A stretch of DNA of 64,000 nt from an uncultured Parabacteroides sp. (GTDB lineage Bacteria; Bacteroidota; Bacteroidia; Bacteroidales; Tannerellaceae). The translations under genes and the position numbers were made by a program. Where the stretch lies: NCBI GenBank assembly GCA_949287365.1, contig CASEGC010000019.1, positions 2,428 to 66,427 of the forward strand, in the 5' to 3' direction. This document shows, in pieces, positions 1-10,577 of this stretch. How positions within the stretch are numbered: the stretch's first letter is position 1; the number at the start of each line of letters is the position of its first letter. The notes below the pieces were generated by a model. It made no database searches. It was given only the letters and a program-made list of their open reading frames with translations, and was not told where the DNA came from.

Positions 1-1
1 C

Positions 2-424
2 GGACGCTTCCGGGTGAACAGCTCCTGCGAGCCGGTGGACCAGATTATCGCCCGTCCGTGGTTCATCCTTCCGCCCGCGCAAGAGTACTACTACAAGAAC
101 TATCATATCGATTACCGCCCCCTGCCCCCTTTCAAGCCGGGCTGCGGGCAAGACCCGGAGGCACGAATCGACCTGATTTATCCGGAGCACGGCGCCGTGC
201 TCTACCTGCCGAAAGGCTTCACGGGGAAACCGGAGAGGTTCGTGTTCAAGGCGGCGCACGCCCGCGAGGACGCGACGCTCTACTGGCATCTGAACGACAC
301 CTACATAGGCAAGACGACCGCGAGCCATCAAATCAGCCTCGCGGTCGCCCCCGGAACTTACCTCCTCACCTTGGTCGATGACGAAGGCAATCAGAAAAAA
401 ATACGTTTCGAAGTGAAAGAGTAA
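2..424 (+). CDS. pbpC: Penicillin-binding protein 1C, C-terminal end (partial; begins before window)
   Basis: Frame open from window edge; WFILPPAQEYYY...IYP..G..LYWHLN...G.Y.LTLVD..GN is typical of the PBP1C C-terminal domain. Confidence 0.8.
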   Translation, partial: GRFRVNSSCEPVDQIIARPWFILPPAQEYYYKNYHIDYRPLPPFKPGCGQDPEARIDLIYPEHGAVLYLPKGFTGKPERFVFKAAHAREDATLYWHLNDTYIGKTTASHQISLAVAPGTYLLTLVDDEGNQKKIRFEVKE

Positions 425-429
425 ACGCC

Positions 430-1779
430 CTACGACACCTTGGGCAAGACCCTCCTCAAGACCAGATAGCCCGCCAAGCCGGAGACGAACGAGCCGGCGA
501 AGACACCGAGCTTCGCCTCGTTCAGGAGGATGGCGCCATCCAACGTCATCGCGTCGAAAGAGAGGTTGGCGATGAAGAGAGCCACCGTAAACCCGATTCC
601 GCCCAACATGGAGACGCCCAGCAAATTCCGCTTGCTCATCCCCGCGGGCATGGAGGCCAACGGCGTGCAGGCGAACAGGTAGGAGAAGCTGAAGATGCCC
701 AACGTCTTCCCCACGAACAGGCCCAAGAAGACCGCCAGCGGGACGTTCATCAGCGTCTGCGGCCGGATGTCGCCGAAGGTGACCCCGGCGTTGACGAACG
801 CGAACAGCGGCAGGATGACGTAATTCACCCACGGATGTAACCGGTCGGCGATAGCCTGCAAGGGGCTGATGGTGCGGTCCGCCAAGGTCTGTATGTTGTT
901 CAGCACCTGAATCTGCTTCGAGGTAAGCACTTCTGCCTTCCGCGACTGTTTCACCTCGCTGTAATCCAGCATCCCGAGGTAGCCGGTCATCTCCTCCGTG
1001 AAGCTGTCCAGCTTGACCACCGGACGGGCCGGCACCGTGAACGCCACCAACACGCCCGCGATGGTCGGGTGTACGCCCGACTCCATGAACAACAACCATA
1101 CGATAAAGCCTCCCACGTAGAAGAACAACTGATTATGTATCCGGAACTTCCCGCCCGCGTATAATGCGCCCAAGATAACCAACGAGAGAAGTAACGGCTC
1201 GAAGGCGATGCTTCCGCTATAAAACAAGGCGATAATGATGATTCCGCCGATGTCGTCCACCACCGCCAAAGCCGTCAGGAAAATCCGCATGCTCAAAGGC
1301 ACCCTTTTCCCCAGCAATCCCAATACCGCCAAGGCAAAAGCGATGTCCGTAGCCATCGGTATGGCCGCGCCGCTCACCTCCGGAGCCGTACCGCACACGA
1401 GCAGATAACACAAGACCGGCACGACCATTCCACCACAAGCGGCGATAACCGGCAACAAGGCTTTCCGCAGAGAGCTCAACTCCCCAATCAAAACCTCTTG
1501 CTTGATTTCCAGACCTATCACGAAGAAGAAAACAGCCATCAACGCATCATTCACGAACGCCAGCATGGACATCGGTTCCCCATGGTGCGCGAAGAAATTG
1601 AACTGCCCCACGTGCAAATCAATAGGAAACGCCAATAGCAAATGATACCGGTCCGCCCAAGGCGAATTGGCCAGAACCATGGCGATAATCATGGCAGCGA
1701 ATAACAACAGGCTGGCGTTCGGCTTTTGGATGGCGAAACGGCGCAAGGGTCTCAAGATAACTTTAATCGTGCGATCCAT
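430..1779 (-). CDS. nhaA: Na+/H+ antiporter NhaA
   Basis: Motifs NDALMAVFFF..GLEIK.E, IPMATDIAFALAVL, ALAVVDDIG, GIGFTVALFIA. Confidence 0.95.
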   Translation of the reverse strand: MDRTIKVILRPLRRFAIQKPNASLLLFAAMIIAMVLANSPWADRYHLLLAFPIDLHVGQFNFFAHHGEPMSMLAFVNDALMAVFFFVIGLEIKQEVLIGELSSLRKALLPVIAACGGMVVPVLCYLLVCGTAPEVSGAAIPMATDIAFALAVLGLLGKRVPLSMRIFLTALAVVDDIGGIIIIALFYSGSIAFEPLLLSLVILGALYAGGKFRIHNQLFFYVGGFIVWLLFMESGVHPTIAGVLVAFTVPARPVVKLDSFTEEMTGYLGMLDYSEVKQSRKAEVLTSKQIQVLNNIQTLADRTISPLQAIADRLHPWVNYVILPLFAFVNAGVTFGDIRPQTLMNVPLAVFLGLFVGKTLGIFSFSYLFACTPLASMPAGMSKRNLLGVSMLGGIGFTVALFIANLSFDAMTLDGAILLNEAKLGVFAGSFVSGLAGYLVLRRVLPKVS

Positions 1780-1811
1780 ATTCTTTAAGTTTTTGAGTTA
1801 TTAAGTAGCTT

Positions 1812-2411
1812 TCAATCTTTTATATAAGCGGTCTCCACTTTCGAGAGACGTTGCCGCAAGCGTTCGGCGGCGCTTTTCCGGATACGCAAGGTCATCTCGC
1901 AATCCATATCGAACTTCTGCGACACGATTGTCGGATTGTCTTCCTTCACGATTCGCATGACACCGTTCAAATACGGATACTCGAAAACGACCGTGATATC
2001 CTCGTCCACCGTCCGGACCTCGACCTCCGCGGCGGAAATCGCCTCGGCCGCCGCCGTGCGGTAAGCGACAATCAGTCCGCTCGTGCCCAGCTCGATTCCA
2101 CCGAAATAGCGCACGACAACAATCAGGATATCGGTCAACTCATTGGAGTTGATTTGCCCGAGAATCGGCTTCCCCGCCGTGGAGGAAGGCTCGCCGTCGT
2201 CGTTGGCGCGAAAAACCTGTCGGTCCGCCCCCAACATATAGGCCCAACAGACATGCCGGGCATCATAATACCGCTTACGATACTCCGCCACATAACGCTT
2301 CACCTCCTCCACCGTACGCACGGGAATGGCGTAAGAGATAAAGCGACTGCGTTTCTCTGTATAGTAACCCTCGGAAATATCCTTTATGGTTTTATAAGTA
2401 TCGTCCATCAT
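1812..2411 (-). CDS. YigZ/IMPACT family protein
   Basis: EKRSRFI, ARHVCWAY, DDGEPSSTAGKPIL, VVRYFGGIELG motifs. Confidence 0.92.
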   Translation of the reverse strand: MMDDTYKTIKDISEGYYTEKRSRFISYAIPVRTVEEVKRYVAEYRKRYYDARHVCWAYMLGADRQVFRANDDGEPSSTAGKPILGQINSNELTDILIVVVRYFGGIELGTSGLIVAYRTAAAEAISAAEVEVRTVDEDITVVFEYPYLNGVMRIVKEDNPTIVSQKFDMDCEMTLRIRKSAAERLRQRLSKVETAYIKD

Positions 2412-2415
2412 CGCG

Positions 2416-2637
2416 TCAATCCGGGATTTTGGTATTGGATATCTCTTCCCTGTAAGCGCGGAAATCTTTCATGATTTCCTCTATTTCCTCGATGAAATAA
2501 GGGTCTTTCACCTTTTTCCTCACCTCCGCGTAATAGGTCTCGATAGCGGCCAAAGCGCATATATCCTGTCCTCTCAGCACGAAATAAGGCTCCTCCTTCT
2601 CCACGCATTGCTTAATCATTTGTATCGGATTCTTCAT
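2416..2637 (-). CDS. Small hypothetical protein (73 aa)
   Basis: ATG-started ORF tightly packed between uvrA and yigZ on the same strand (EPYFVLRGQD.CA). Confidence 0.7.
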   Translation of the reverse strand: MKNPIQMIKQCVEKEEPYFVLRGQDICALAAIETYYAEVRKKVKDPYFIEEIEEIMKDFRAYREEISNTKIPD

Positions 2638-2665
2638 CGCCTTTCAGTTTTCGATTATTTCGTTA

Positions 2666-5515
2666 TCACATCTTGTCTTTGATTTTCAACTCCTCTCTCA
2701 AGAACGGGGCGGTAAAACCTATACCCTTTTCCGTCAAGGCCTCCGGCGTTCCGGCGAAAAGGACATTGCCACCCTTCCGACCGCCATCCGGACCCATGTC
2801 AATCAGGTAATCCGCGCATTTGATGACATCCAGGTTGTGCTCAATTACGATGACCGTGTTCCCTTTGTCCACCAACTTATTCAGGACACCCAACAATACC
2901 CGGATATCCTCGAAATGAAGTCCGGTAGTGGGCTCATCCAGCACGTAAAGCGTCTTTCCCGTATCCCGTTTAGCCAGTTCCGTGGCCAACTTGACCCGTT
3001 GGCTCTCGCCCCCCGACAAAGTCGTGGAAGGCTGTCCCAATTTGATATATCCCAGACCCACGTCCTGCAAGACCTTAATCTTAGACAATATCGAAGGAAT
3101 ATTCTCGAAGAACTCCACCGCCATGTTGATGGTCATGTCCAGCACGTCCGCTATGGATTTTCCCCGAAAACGGATTTCCAACGTCTCCCGGTTATAGCGC
3201 TTGCCTTGGCAATCCTCACAGGGAACCAATACGTCAGGGAGAAAATTCATCTCGATGGTCTTATAACCGTTTCCCTTACACGTCTCGCATCGTCCACCCT
3301 TCACGTTGAAAGAGAACCGTCCCGGCTTATACCCCCTGATTTTCGATTCCGGCAATTCCACGAACAGATTCCGGATATCCGAGAACACCCCGGTATAAGT
3401 GGCCGGATTACTCCGCGGAGAGCGTCCTATGGGCGATTGGTCCACGTTTATAATCTTATCGATATACTCTATACCTTTTATCGCGTCGTAAGGCAAAGGG
3501 TCTTCCAGCGAACGATAAAAATGCTGGCTCAATATGGGTTGCAACGTCCGGTTGACCAAGGTCGATTTTCCGCTACCGGACACGCCGGTCACGCATATAA
3601 ACGTACCCAAAGGGAAAGAGACGCTCACATTCTTCAGGTTATTACCCCGCGCGCCTTCTATCGTGATGACACGCCCGTTACCTACCCTACGTCCCTTGGG
3701 AACCGGGATTTCCATCTTCCCGTTCAAATAAGCGGAAGTCAAGGTATCCACCTTCAGCATCTCTTTGGGAGTCCCCGCGAAAACCACCTCTCCGCCCAAA
3801 CGTCCCGCTTTAGGGCCCATGTCGATAATATAGTCGGCGTTCAGCATCATGTCCTTGTCATGCTCGACCACGATCACCGAGTTTCCCGTATCGCGTAACT
3901 GCTTCAACGAGTTAATCAACCGTATATTATCCCGTTGATGCAATCCGATGCTCGGCTCGTCCAAGATATAAAGGACATTCACCAATTGGCTGCCTATTTG
4001 TGTCGCCAAACGAATCCGCTGGCTCTCACCCCCCGACAAAGAGGCCGAAGCCCGATTCATGGACAAATAATCCAGTCCCACATCCAACAGGAAACGAAGG
4101 CGGGAACGAATCTCTTTCAATATCTCGGTAGCGATAGTCCGTTGCCTCTCGTCCAAGCGATTTTCCAGCCCCTCCAGCCATTCATACAATTCGGAAATGT
4201 CCATCTCCGCCAATTCCGCGATATTCTTACCCGCTATCCGATAGCTCAAGGCCTCCTTGTTCAAGCGTCGGCCCCCACATTCCGGACAGGTGGTGACCTT
4301 GATGAACTGGTTCGCCCATTTTTGGGCCGTGGCCGACGCGTCCGCGTCTTGTTGCATCAAGATATATTTGGCGACGCCTCCATAAGGAAAAGAAAATCCG
4401 GAAACCTCCAAGGCATGGTCCAAACGTAAGCTTCCGTTCGTCCCGTTCATGATCTCATCCATCGCCTCCGCCGGAATCTCCTTGATGGGAGTCTTAAGCG
4501 TTACGCCATATTTCTCGCAGATAGCCTGTATTTGCATAAAAATCAAGCTCTTCTGATATTTCCCCAACGGAGCGATACCTCCATTATAGATAGTTAAGGA
4601 AGAATCGGGCACTATCTTGTCCATATCCAGCAAGTTGACCTGTCCCAATCCCTTACACTTAAGACAAGCGCCCTGAGGAGAGTTAAACGAGAAGTTATGC
4701 GGGGCCGGCTCGCTATAAGACAAGCCCGTCTTCGGGTCCATCAGGCGGCGACTATAATGACGTATCTCATTCGTATCCGCGTCCAATATCATGACAAGCC
4801 CGTCGCCCTGCTTCATGGCTATTTTCAAGCTCTCTTTCAAGCGACGCTCATCATCTCTGGAAACCGCCAATTTATCGATTACGACCTCGATGCTATGCAT
4901 CTTATAACGGTCCAGTTTCATGCCATGATAAATCTCCCTTAATTCCCCGTCAACCCGGACGGTCAAATACCCTTTTTTCCGTATTTGCTCGAATAATTCC
5001 TTATAATGTCCCTTCCGATTACGCACCAATGGAGCCAAGAGATAAATCTTCCTATTCTCGTATTTATCGAGGATTAACCGTAAGACCTGTTCCTCCGTAT
5101 ATCTGACCATCCTCTCGCCAGTCAGGTAAGAATAAGCCTCTCCCGCCCTCGCGTATAACAAACGGAAAAAATCGTACACCTCTGTCGTCGTACCCACCGT
5201 GGAGCGCGGGTTTTTATTTGTCGTTTTTTGTTCGATAGAGATGACGGGGCTCAACCCCGTTATCTTATCCACGTCGGGACGCTCCATATTCCCCAAGAAG
5301 TTCCTCGCGTAAGCCGAGAAAGTCTCCACATATCGCCTCTGGCCCTCGTTGAATATCGTGTCGAACGCCAGCGAGGATTTGCCGCTACCGCTCATTCCCG
5401 TGATTACGGTGAGTTTATTCCGGGGAATCTCCACATCTATATTTTTCAGATTGTGAACGCGCGCTCCCCATACGGATACGCGCCCACCTTCCAAAGCTCG
5501 CTTGTCTTTTACCAT
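2666..5515 (-). CDS. uvrA: Excinuclease ABC subunit A
   Basis: GARVHNLKNI, two Walker A (GMSGSGKSS, GVSGSGKST), LSGGESQR signatures, CxxC zinc fingers. Confidence 0.98.
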   Translation of the reverse strand: MVKDKRALEGGRVSVWGARVHNLKNIDVEIPRNKLTVITGMSGSGKSSLAFDTIFNEGQRRYVETFSAYARNFLGNMERPDVDKITGLSPVISIEQKTTNKNPRSTVGTTTEVYDFFRLLYARAGEAYSYLTGERMVRYTEEQVLRLILDKYENRKIYLLAPLVRNRKGHYKELFEQIRKKGYLTVRVDGELREIYHGMKLDRYKMHSIEVVIDKLAVSRDDERRLKESLKIAMKQGDGLVMILDADTNEIRHYSRRLMDPKTGLSYSEPAPHNFSFNSPQGACLKCKGLGQVNLLDMDKIVPDSSLTIYNGGIAPLGKYQKSLIFMQIQAICEKYGVTLKTPIKEIPAEAMDEIMNGTNGSLRLDHALEVSGFSFPYGGVAKYILMQQDADASATAQKWANQFIKVTTCPECGGRRLNKEALSYRIAGKNIAELAEMDISELYEWLEGLENRLDERQRTIATEILKEIRSRLRFLLDVGLDYLSMNRASASLSGGESQRIRLATQIGSQLVNVLYILDEPSIGLHQRDNIRLINSLKQLRDTGNSVIVVEHDKDMMLNADYIIDMGPKAGRLGGEVVFAGTPKEMLKVDTLTSAYLNGKMEIPVPKGRRVGNGRVITIEGARGNNLKNVSVSFPLGTFICVTGVSGSGKSTLVNRTLQPILSQHFYRSLEDPLPYDAIKGIEYIDKIINVDQSPIGRSPRSNPATYTGVFSDIRNLFVELPESKIRGYKPGRFSFNVKGGRCETCKGNGYKTIEMNFLPDVLVPCEDCQGKRYNRETLEIRFRGKSIADVLDMTINMAVEFFENIPSILSKIKVLQDVGLGYIKLGQPSTTLSGGESQRVKLATELAKRDTGKTLYVLDEPTTGLHFEDIRVLLGVLNKLVDKGNTVIVIEHNLDVIKCADYLIDMGPDGGRKGGNVLFAGTPEALTEKGIGFTAPFLREELKIKDKM

Positions 5516-5654
5516 TTTTCCACCTATCTGTTTTAGGGACGGTAAAATTAGTAAAAAAAGCGGACATACCGGCCGACAGGGACAAAAAGTCCGTATGTGA
5601 CGTGGAAAAACTTGAGAGCCCGGCGGAAAAAGTCGGGAACCTCACGGAGAAAAG

Positions 5655-5740
5655 TCTATCTTTAGGCTGAAGATATATATCTTTAGGTTAAAGATACGCG
5701 TCTTTAGGTTGAAGATATGTATCTTTAGGCTAAAGATAGA
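5655..5740 (+). repeat. 86-bp 4x21-bp palindrome array, copy 1 (arms extend ~5578-5831)
   Basis: tc-tatctttaggctgaagata-ta-tatctttaggttaaagata-cg-cgtctttaggttgaagata-tg-tatctttaggctaaagata-ga; arms align with copies 2, 4 and 6; degenerate end motif ttatagcggacgcatgac at 5814-5831. Confidence 0.95.
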
Positions 5741-5966
5741 GAAAAGTCCCGCATGTTCCGGATTTTTTCCCGTGGTATCCGGAAGTTTATTTCCCCATGT
5801 CCCTATTTTTTCCTTATAGCGGACGCATGACATTAATATATAAGAAGGAAAAAGCGAGCGTATCTCAAAATATAAATATTTGGAATATTCCACTTTTATC
5901 TATGTCAGTTATAGAATTATGATTATCTTTGTCAAAACATTCATAACAAATAAATTTTATAAAGCT

Positions 5967-6179
5967 ATGGCAAGAACGATTGACTATTCAAAAAAAGCGG
6001 ACAAAATCAAGGAACAAGTAGACGAATTAGTACAAGAATTAATGGCGGCGAAAGCGGCTCCGGTCGTTACGAAAAGAAGCTTAAAAGCTAGCGATATAGA
6101 TTTCGAAAGCGAGGATATCAGAACCTTACAGCAACTGCAAGTTCGTATCGCCCGTATTATTCTAGAAAAGAGTAAATAA
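5967..6179 (+). CDS. Small helical/coiled-coil hypothetical protein (70 aa, MARTIDYSKK...)
   Basis: ATG at 5967 after AT-rich leader and TATCTTTG -7 motif (~5924); followed by terminator. Confidence 0.7.
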   Translation: MARTIDYSKKADKIKEQVDELVQELMAAKAAPVVTKRSLKASDIDFESEDIRTLQQLQVRIARIILEKSK

Positions 6180-6214
6180 ACGGCTCTTCTCTCATTACGA
6201 TATCAGGAAAAAAC

Positions 6215-6262
6215 AAAAACGTCCTTCCCTCGGATTTCCGGAAAAGGGAAGGCGTTTTTTTT
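6215..6262. terminator. Intrinsic terminator (possibly bidirectional)
   Basis: aaaaacgtccttccct...agggaaggcgtttttttt stem flanked by A and T runs. Confidence 0.75.
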
Positions 6263-6324
6263 CATCTCTTTTCCCAATCCGCAAAGAAAAACGCGTATAT
6301 TTGAGAGTCAAATCAATACGAGAT

Positions 6325-7884
6325 ATGGAACTGATACTCCCGGCGAAATCAAATAAGGCCTGCCCCGTCAAGCTTGACACGAGGATACTTGTCGTGATCG
6401 GAACCAATGGCGTAGGAAAAAGCTCATTCGGTAGAGACTTGTTGGAAAGATATTCCGGACAGGCGGAGAAAATCTCCGGAATACACGCGTTATTCATCAA
6501 TAGCGGGGACGAACCGCTGCATCAAGACCCCGACGGATTCATGCGCTTGCGTTCGTTATTCGAGACGCGCCTCTCCATGCCGTTCGTCTCGGAGTACGAG
6601 AAATTGATTCTGCGATTGCGCCAGGAAGAGTTCGAGGCCGCCGTGGAATTCAAGGAGGCGTGCAAGACCGACAAGGAAAGGGTCACTCCCGTCACGAAAC
6701 TCGATACGATACAAACCATCTGGGAAAAGATGTTCCCGCATAACCGGCTTATCCGGAAATCCGGTTTTATCGAGATTGTCTCCGCCGGACGGGATTCCGA
6801 CGCGTATACGGCCGAGAACATGAGCGATAGCGAGAGACTCGTTTTCTACCTTATCGGGGCGGTATTGTGCGCCTGCCCGAACGCCTTGCTCGTCATAGAG
6901 GAGCCGGAGACCTTGTTGCACGATTCCATCAAGAACCAACTTTGGGACGAGATAGAGGCGATACGCCCGGATTGCACGTTCGTCTACCTGACGCACGATA
7001 TCGACTTCGCCGCCTCCCGTTCCGACAGCGAACGGATTTGGATTCGCTCGTACGACGCGGACCATTCCGTATGGGACTATGAGTTGATAGAGAGCGACGA
7101 GAGTTTCCCGGAAGAGCTGTACATGGAAATCCTCGGAAGCCGGAAACCCATATTGTTTATCGAGGGTACCGACACGAACAGCATCGATAGCAAGCTCTAT
7201 CCGCTCATATTCCCCGACTATCTGGTGAAACCCGTGGGCGGATGCCAAAAGGTTATCGAGACGGTCAAGGCGTTCACCCAACTGAAGGATTTCCATACGC
7301 TGGACAGCATGGGTATCGTGGACCGCGACCGGCGAACCCAAGGCGAGATTGATTATCTGAGGGAACGGCACATCTACGTGCCCGACGTGGCGGAGGTAGA
7401 AAACCTGCTGATGCTGGAGGAGGTCATCAAGACCGTGGCCAAACGGTTGATGAAAGACCCGGAAGAGGTGTTCGAGCAAGTGAAAGAGAACGTGATTCAT
7501 CTTTTCCAAAAAGACTTGGAGCAACAAACGCTCTTGCACGCGAAACATATAGTCCGAAAAAGACTGGAGACCGCCATCAACCGGAAAATCTCCACGATAG
7601 AGCAATTGAACAAACACGTGGAGAACATCCGCGAGACCATCCACGTGGAGGACATCTACAAGAGCATCAAGAGCGAATTCACCCATTACGCGGAAACGGG
7701 AGATTACAAAAGCGTCTTGCGCGTATACAACCAAAAAGGGATGTTGCCTCAAAGCCGTCTGTGCGCAATATGCGGTATAAGCAACAAAGAGAGTTATTTG
7801 AGCCTCGTCCTCTCTATCCTCAAAGAGAACAAGGAGGACGCGGAGGTGATACGGAACGCGATCAAGCGTTCTTTGGAGACCTAA
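6325..7884 (+). CDS. ABC-type ATPase fused to DUF4435 (TOPRIM-like) domain
   Basis: Walker A GTNGVGKS, signature-like MSDSER, Walker B VIEEPE, H-loop YLTHD; C-terminal LFIEG...D, GGC..V, GIVDRD, EVENLL. Confidence 0.75.
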   Translation: MELILPAKSNKACPVKLDTRILVVIGTNGVGKSSFGRDLLERYSGQAEKISGIHALFINSGDEPLHQDPDGFMRLRSLFETRLSMPFVSEYEKLILRLRQEEFEAAVEFKEACKTDKERVTPVTKLDTIQTIWEKMFPHNRLIRKSGFIEIVSAGRDSDAYTAENMSDSERLVFYLIGAVLCACPNALLVIEEPETLLHDSIKNQLWDEIEAIRPDCTFVYLTHDIDFAASRSDSERIWIRSYDADHSVWDYELIESDESFPEELYMEILGSRKPILFIEGTDTNSIDSKLYPLIFPDYLVKPVGGCQKVIETVKAFTQLKDFHTLDSMGIVDRDRRTQGEIDYLRERHIYVPDVAEVENLLMLEEVIKTVAKRLMKDPEEVFEQVKENVIHLFQKDLEQQTLLHAKHIVRKRLETAINRKISTIEQLNKHVENIRETIHVEDIYKSIKSEFTHYAETGDYKSVLRVYNQKGMLPQSRLCAICGISNKESYLSLVLSILKENKEDAEVIRNAIKRSLET

Positions 7885-7985
7885 AATATTCACCCGAAAT
7901 TCGGGAAAAGTCCATAAAAAATCGTTCTTTTGCAAATCATTTAGACAACATATAATAATAGGAGAAATCTCTTTAATCATTTATT

Positions 7986-9752
7986 ATGCGTACACCTACA
8001 CTTCAATATCTTTATTTACAGAAGCCTGTGACCTTGATAATCCTTATCTGCGCCATCTCCGTATTGCCGTGGATTGGTCTAGGCGACTTTTCCACCAAAG
8101 GCGAACCCCGCGAGGCGCTCGTCGCGATCTCGATGTTGGAGACAGGTAATTGGGTCTTGCCACAAGCGTACGCCGACGAGTTCGCCTACAAACCCCCGAT
8201 GGCGCATTGGCTGATGGCACTCTTCTCCTATCCGCAAGGATATGTCTCCGAGTTCACCTCCCGCCTGCCTTCCGCCTTGGCGTTCCTCACGTTGATAGGC
8301 TTCGTGCTGGTATTTTTCGGGAGGAGAATCGTCAAGTTCCAAGAAGCCTTCATCGCCACCTTGCTATTGGTGACGTGCGTCGAGATACACCGAGCGGCGA
8401 TGACCACCCGTGTCGATATGCTGCTCACCACCTTTATCGTATTGGGACTGTTCCAATTATACCGATGGGAAGATAAACTGGAGCTGAAAGGCTTGCCAAT
8501 TACCATCCCGTTGTTACTGGGATGCGCCACGCTCACCAAAGGGCCGGTAGGCATCGTACTGCCTCTATTCATATTCGCCATTTACCTGCTGATGTTGAGG
8601 CGTTATAGTTATCTAGTCATGTTCAAGGCGTTACTATACGCTGGGGTCTCATCGTTGTTCTTACCGATGTTATGGTATATCGCCGCATGGAAACAAGGGG
8701 GCGAGGATTTCCTGAACGTCGTCTTGGCGGAGAACTTCGGGCGTTTCTTCCATCTAAGTACACCCAATATCCACTACGACCTCGGCCACGAGAATGGCGC
8801 ATGGTATAATCTCGTGACATTGGCCGCGGGCTTCATTCCTTGGACCGTCTTTTTCTTCTTCTCCCTGTTCGGACTGAAGATAAGCCGGCCGAGAGATTCT
8901 TTTAAGACAATCATCAAAGATACGTGGAACCGTATCCTCGGAATGGATAAGGTACGCTTGTTCAGCTTGGTCGCGTTGGTAGGGATTATCTTTTTCTATT
9001 CCATACCTTCCAGCAAACGGAGCGTTTACCTGATGCCGGCTTATCCGTTTATCTCTCTTTTCTTGGCCCAATACGCATTGTATATCACGGAATACCGCAC
9101 GAAAGTGACACGTGTGTTCGCCGCTTTTCTCACGGCGTTGGTCAGCGTGGTCTTAATAGCCATCCTGCTCACCTCGTTTGGAGCGATTAATCCGGTCTTC
9201 ATCATCGGCCAATATACGGACCACGCCTCCACGCTGGACTTAGTTCGGATGGTCACCGACGTACTGGCGCATTCCAGCGCGCTCACGATTTGTATCATCC
9301 TGATAAACCTCGTGGCTTTGGGCACCGTGTTCTACCAGATGTTCAAGAAAATCAATATCAAGATTCTTTACGCCACCATCGCATTGACTTTCTCCATGAA
9401 CCTCCTGATTGACGGTGTCATCATGCGAGGCATCCGCGAGGGAAGCTCTTGCAGACCCTTCGCCGAACGAATCATGGAAGAGTATCCTTTAAATAAGGAC
9501 AACGTGTTCGTGATGAACGATTTGAAGAAATACAGGAACCTCTACGGCTTGAATTTCTACATGGGAAATATTTTCCACAACTTCGAGAAAGAGGCTCCGA
9601 GCGAAGGCTACTTCTTGGCCGGAGAGGATGACATGGCTAAAGTGCGCGCCTCCTATGGCGACAGGTACGATTTTCGTACGTTGACCGTGTCCGACGTGGC
9701 GTTCAAGGAGTTGAGACAAAAGATAGTTCTCTGCGAGTTCGCACTGAAATAA
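7986..9752 (+). CDS. ArnT/PMT-family (GT-C) membrane glycosyltransferase
   Basis: GEPREA, YKPPMAHW, SRLPSAL, RVDMLL, LTKGPVG, SKRSVYLMP; multiple TM segments. Confidence 0.88.
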   Translation: MRTPTLQYLYLQKPVTLIILICAISVLPWIGLGDFSTKGEPREALVAISMLETGNWVLPQAYADEFAYKPPMAHWLMALFSYPQGYVSEFTSRLPSALAFLTLIGFVLVFFGRRIVKFQEAFIATLLLVTCVEIHRAAMTTRVDMLLTTFIVLGLFQLYRWEDKLELKGLPITIPLLLGCATLTKGPVGIVLPLFIFAIYLLMLRRYSYLVMFKALLYAGVSSLFLPMLWYIAAWKQGGEDFLNVVLAENFGRFFHLSTPNIHYDLGHENGAWYNLVTLAAGFIPWTVFFFFSLFGLKISRPRDSFKTIIKDTWNRILGMDKVRLFSLVALVGIIFFYSIPSSKRSVYLMPAYPFISLFLAQYALYITEYRTKVTRVFAAFLTALVSVVLIAILLTSFGAINPVFIIGQYTDHASTLDLVRMVTDVLAHSSALTICIILINLVALGTVFYQMFKKINIKILYATIALTFSMNLLIDGVIMRGIREGSSCRPFAERIMEEYPLNKDNVFVMNDLKKYRNLYGLNFYMGNIFHNFEKEAPSEGYFLAGEDDMAKVRASYGDRYDFRTLTVSDVAFKELRQKIVLCEFALK

Positions 9753-9868
9753 GGCGAAAATTCCCGCTTGCCATGGAAATGTAACATCTATTTCATTTCC
9801 TCGAAATAAAAACACGCGTTCTTTGCCCATTATAAATAATTGTATTTTCAAGATAAAACGAAGTAGAT

Positions 9869-10555
9869 ATGGAAACGACCCGTATTCTCGTGGTAGACGA
9901 TGAGGAGGATTTGTGCGAAATACTCAAATTCAACCTCGAAACGGAAGGTTATGAGGTAGACACGGCTTTCAGCGCGGAGGAAGCGTTGAAAAAAGAGCTG
10001 GAGCGTTACGATTTGTTGTTGCTGGATGTCATGATGGGAGAAATCTCCGGCTTCAAGATGGCGCGTATGCTCCGGAAAGAGGAGAAGACCGCGGATATCC
10101 CCATTATTTTCTTGACCGCCAAGGATACGGAGAACGACATGCTTACCGGATTCAACCTTGGGGCGGACGATTATATCTCCAAGCCGTTCTCAATCCGTCA
10201 ACTGGTCGCACGTGTGAAAGCGGTGCTCCGGAGGACTTCCGAGAGGAACCTCGCCAAGGAGACCGGAAAACTCGAATACAAGACCTTGTCCTTAGACACC
10301 AAACGAATCAAGGCCTCGGTCGATGGCAAGGAAATCCCTTTGACCAAAAAGGAGTTCGAGATATTGAAGCTTTTGCTGGAGAACATAGGGAATGTGTTCA
10401 CGAGAGAGGAGATATTGTCTCGCGTGTGGAAAGACGAGGTCTACGTGCTGGACCGGACAATCGATGTCAACATCACCCGGCTGAGAAAGAAAATAACTCC
10501 TTACGGCAAGAATATCGTGACTCGGTTAGGCTTCGGTTATTGTTTCGAGGGTTAA
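9869..10555 (+). CDS. OmpR/PhoB-family response regulator
   Basis: VVDDE, LLDVMM, FLTAKD, GADDYISKPF, RTIDVNITRLRKK winged helix. Confidence 0.95.
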   Translation: METTRILVVDDEEDLCEILKFNLETEGYEVDTAFSAEEALKKELERYDLLLLDVMMGEISGFKMARMLRKEEKTADIPIIFLTAKDTENDMLTGFNLGADDYISKPFSIRQLVARVKAVLRRTSERNLAKETGKLEYKTLSLDTKRIKASVDGKEIPLTKKEFEILKLLLENIGNVFTREEILSRVWKDEVYVLDRTIDVNITRLRKKITPYGKNIVTRLGFGYCFEG

Positions 10556-10577
10556 GATTCATCACGGAACGGTTTTT

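Noticed and set aside
5655-5740. 21-bp arrays as CRISPR arrays
   Set aside because: Units are separated by 2-bp linkers only, with no unique spacers and no cas genes
5642-5893. ORFs with FRLKIYIF/FSLKIHIF heptads (also 12625 extension, 25774-26004, 37839-38141, 45996-46220)
   Set aside because: Translations of the 21-bp palindromic repeat, open on either strand with inconsistent starts; not supported as proteins
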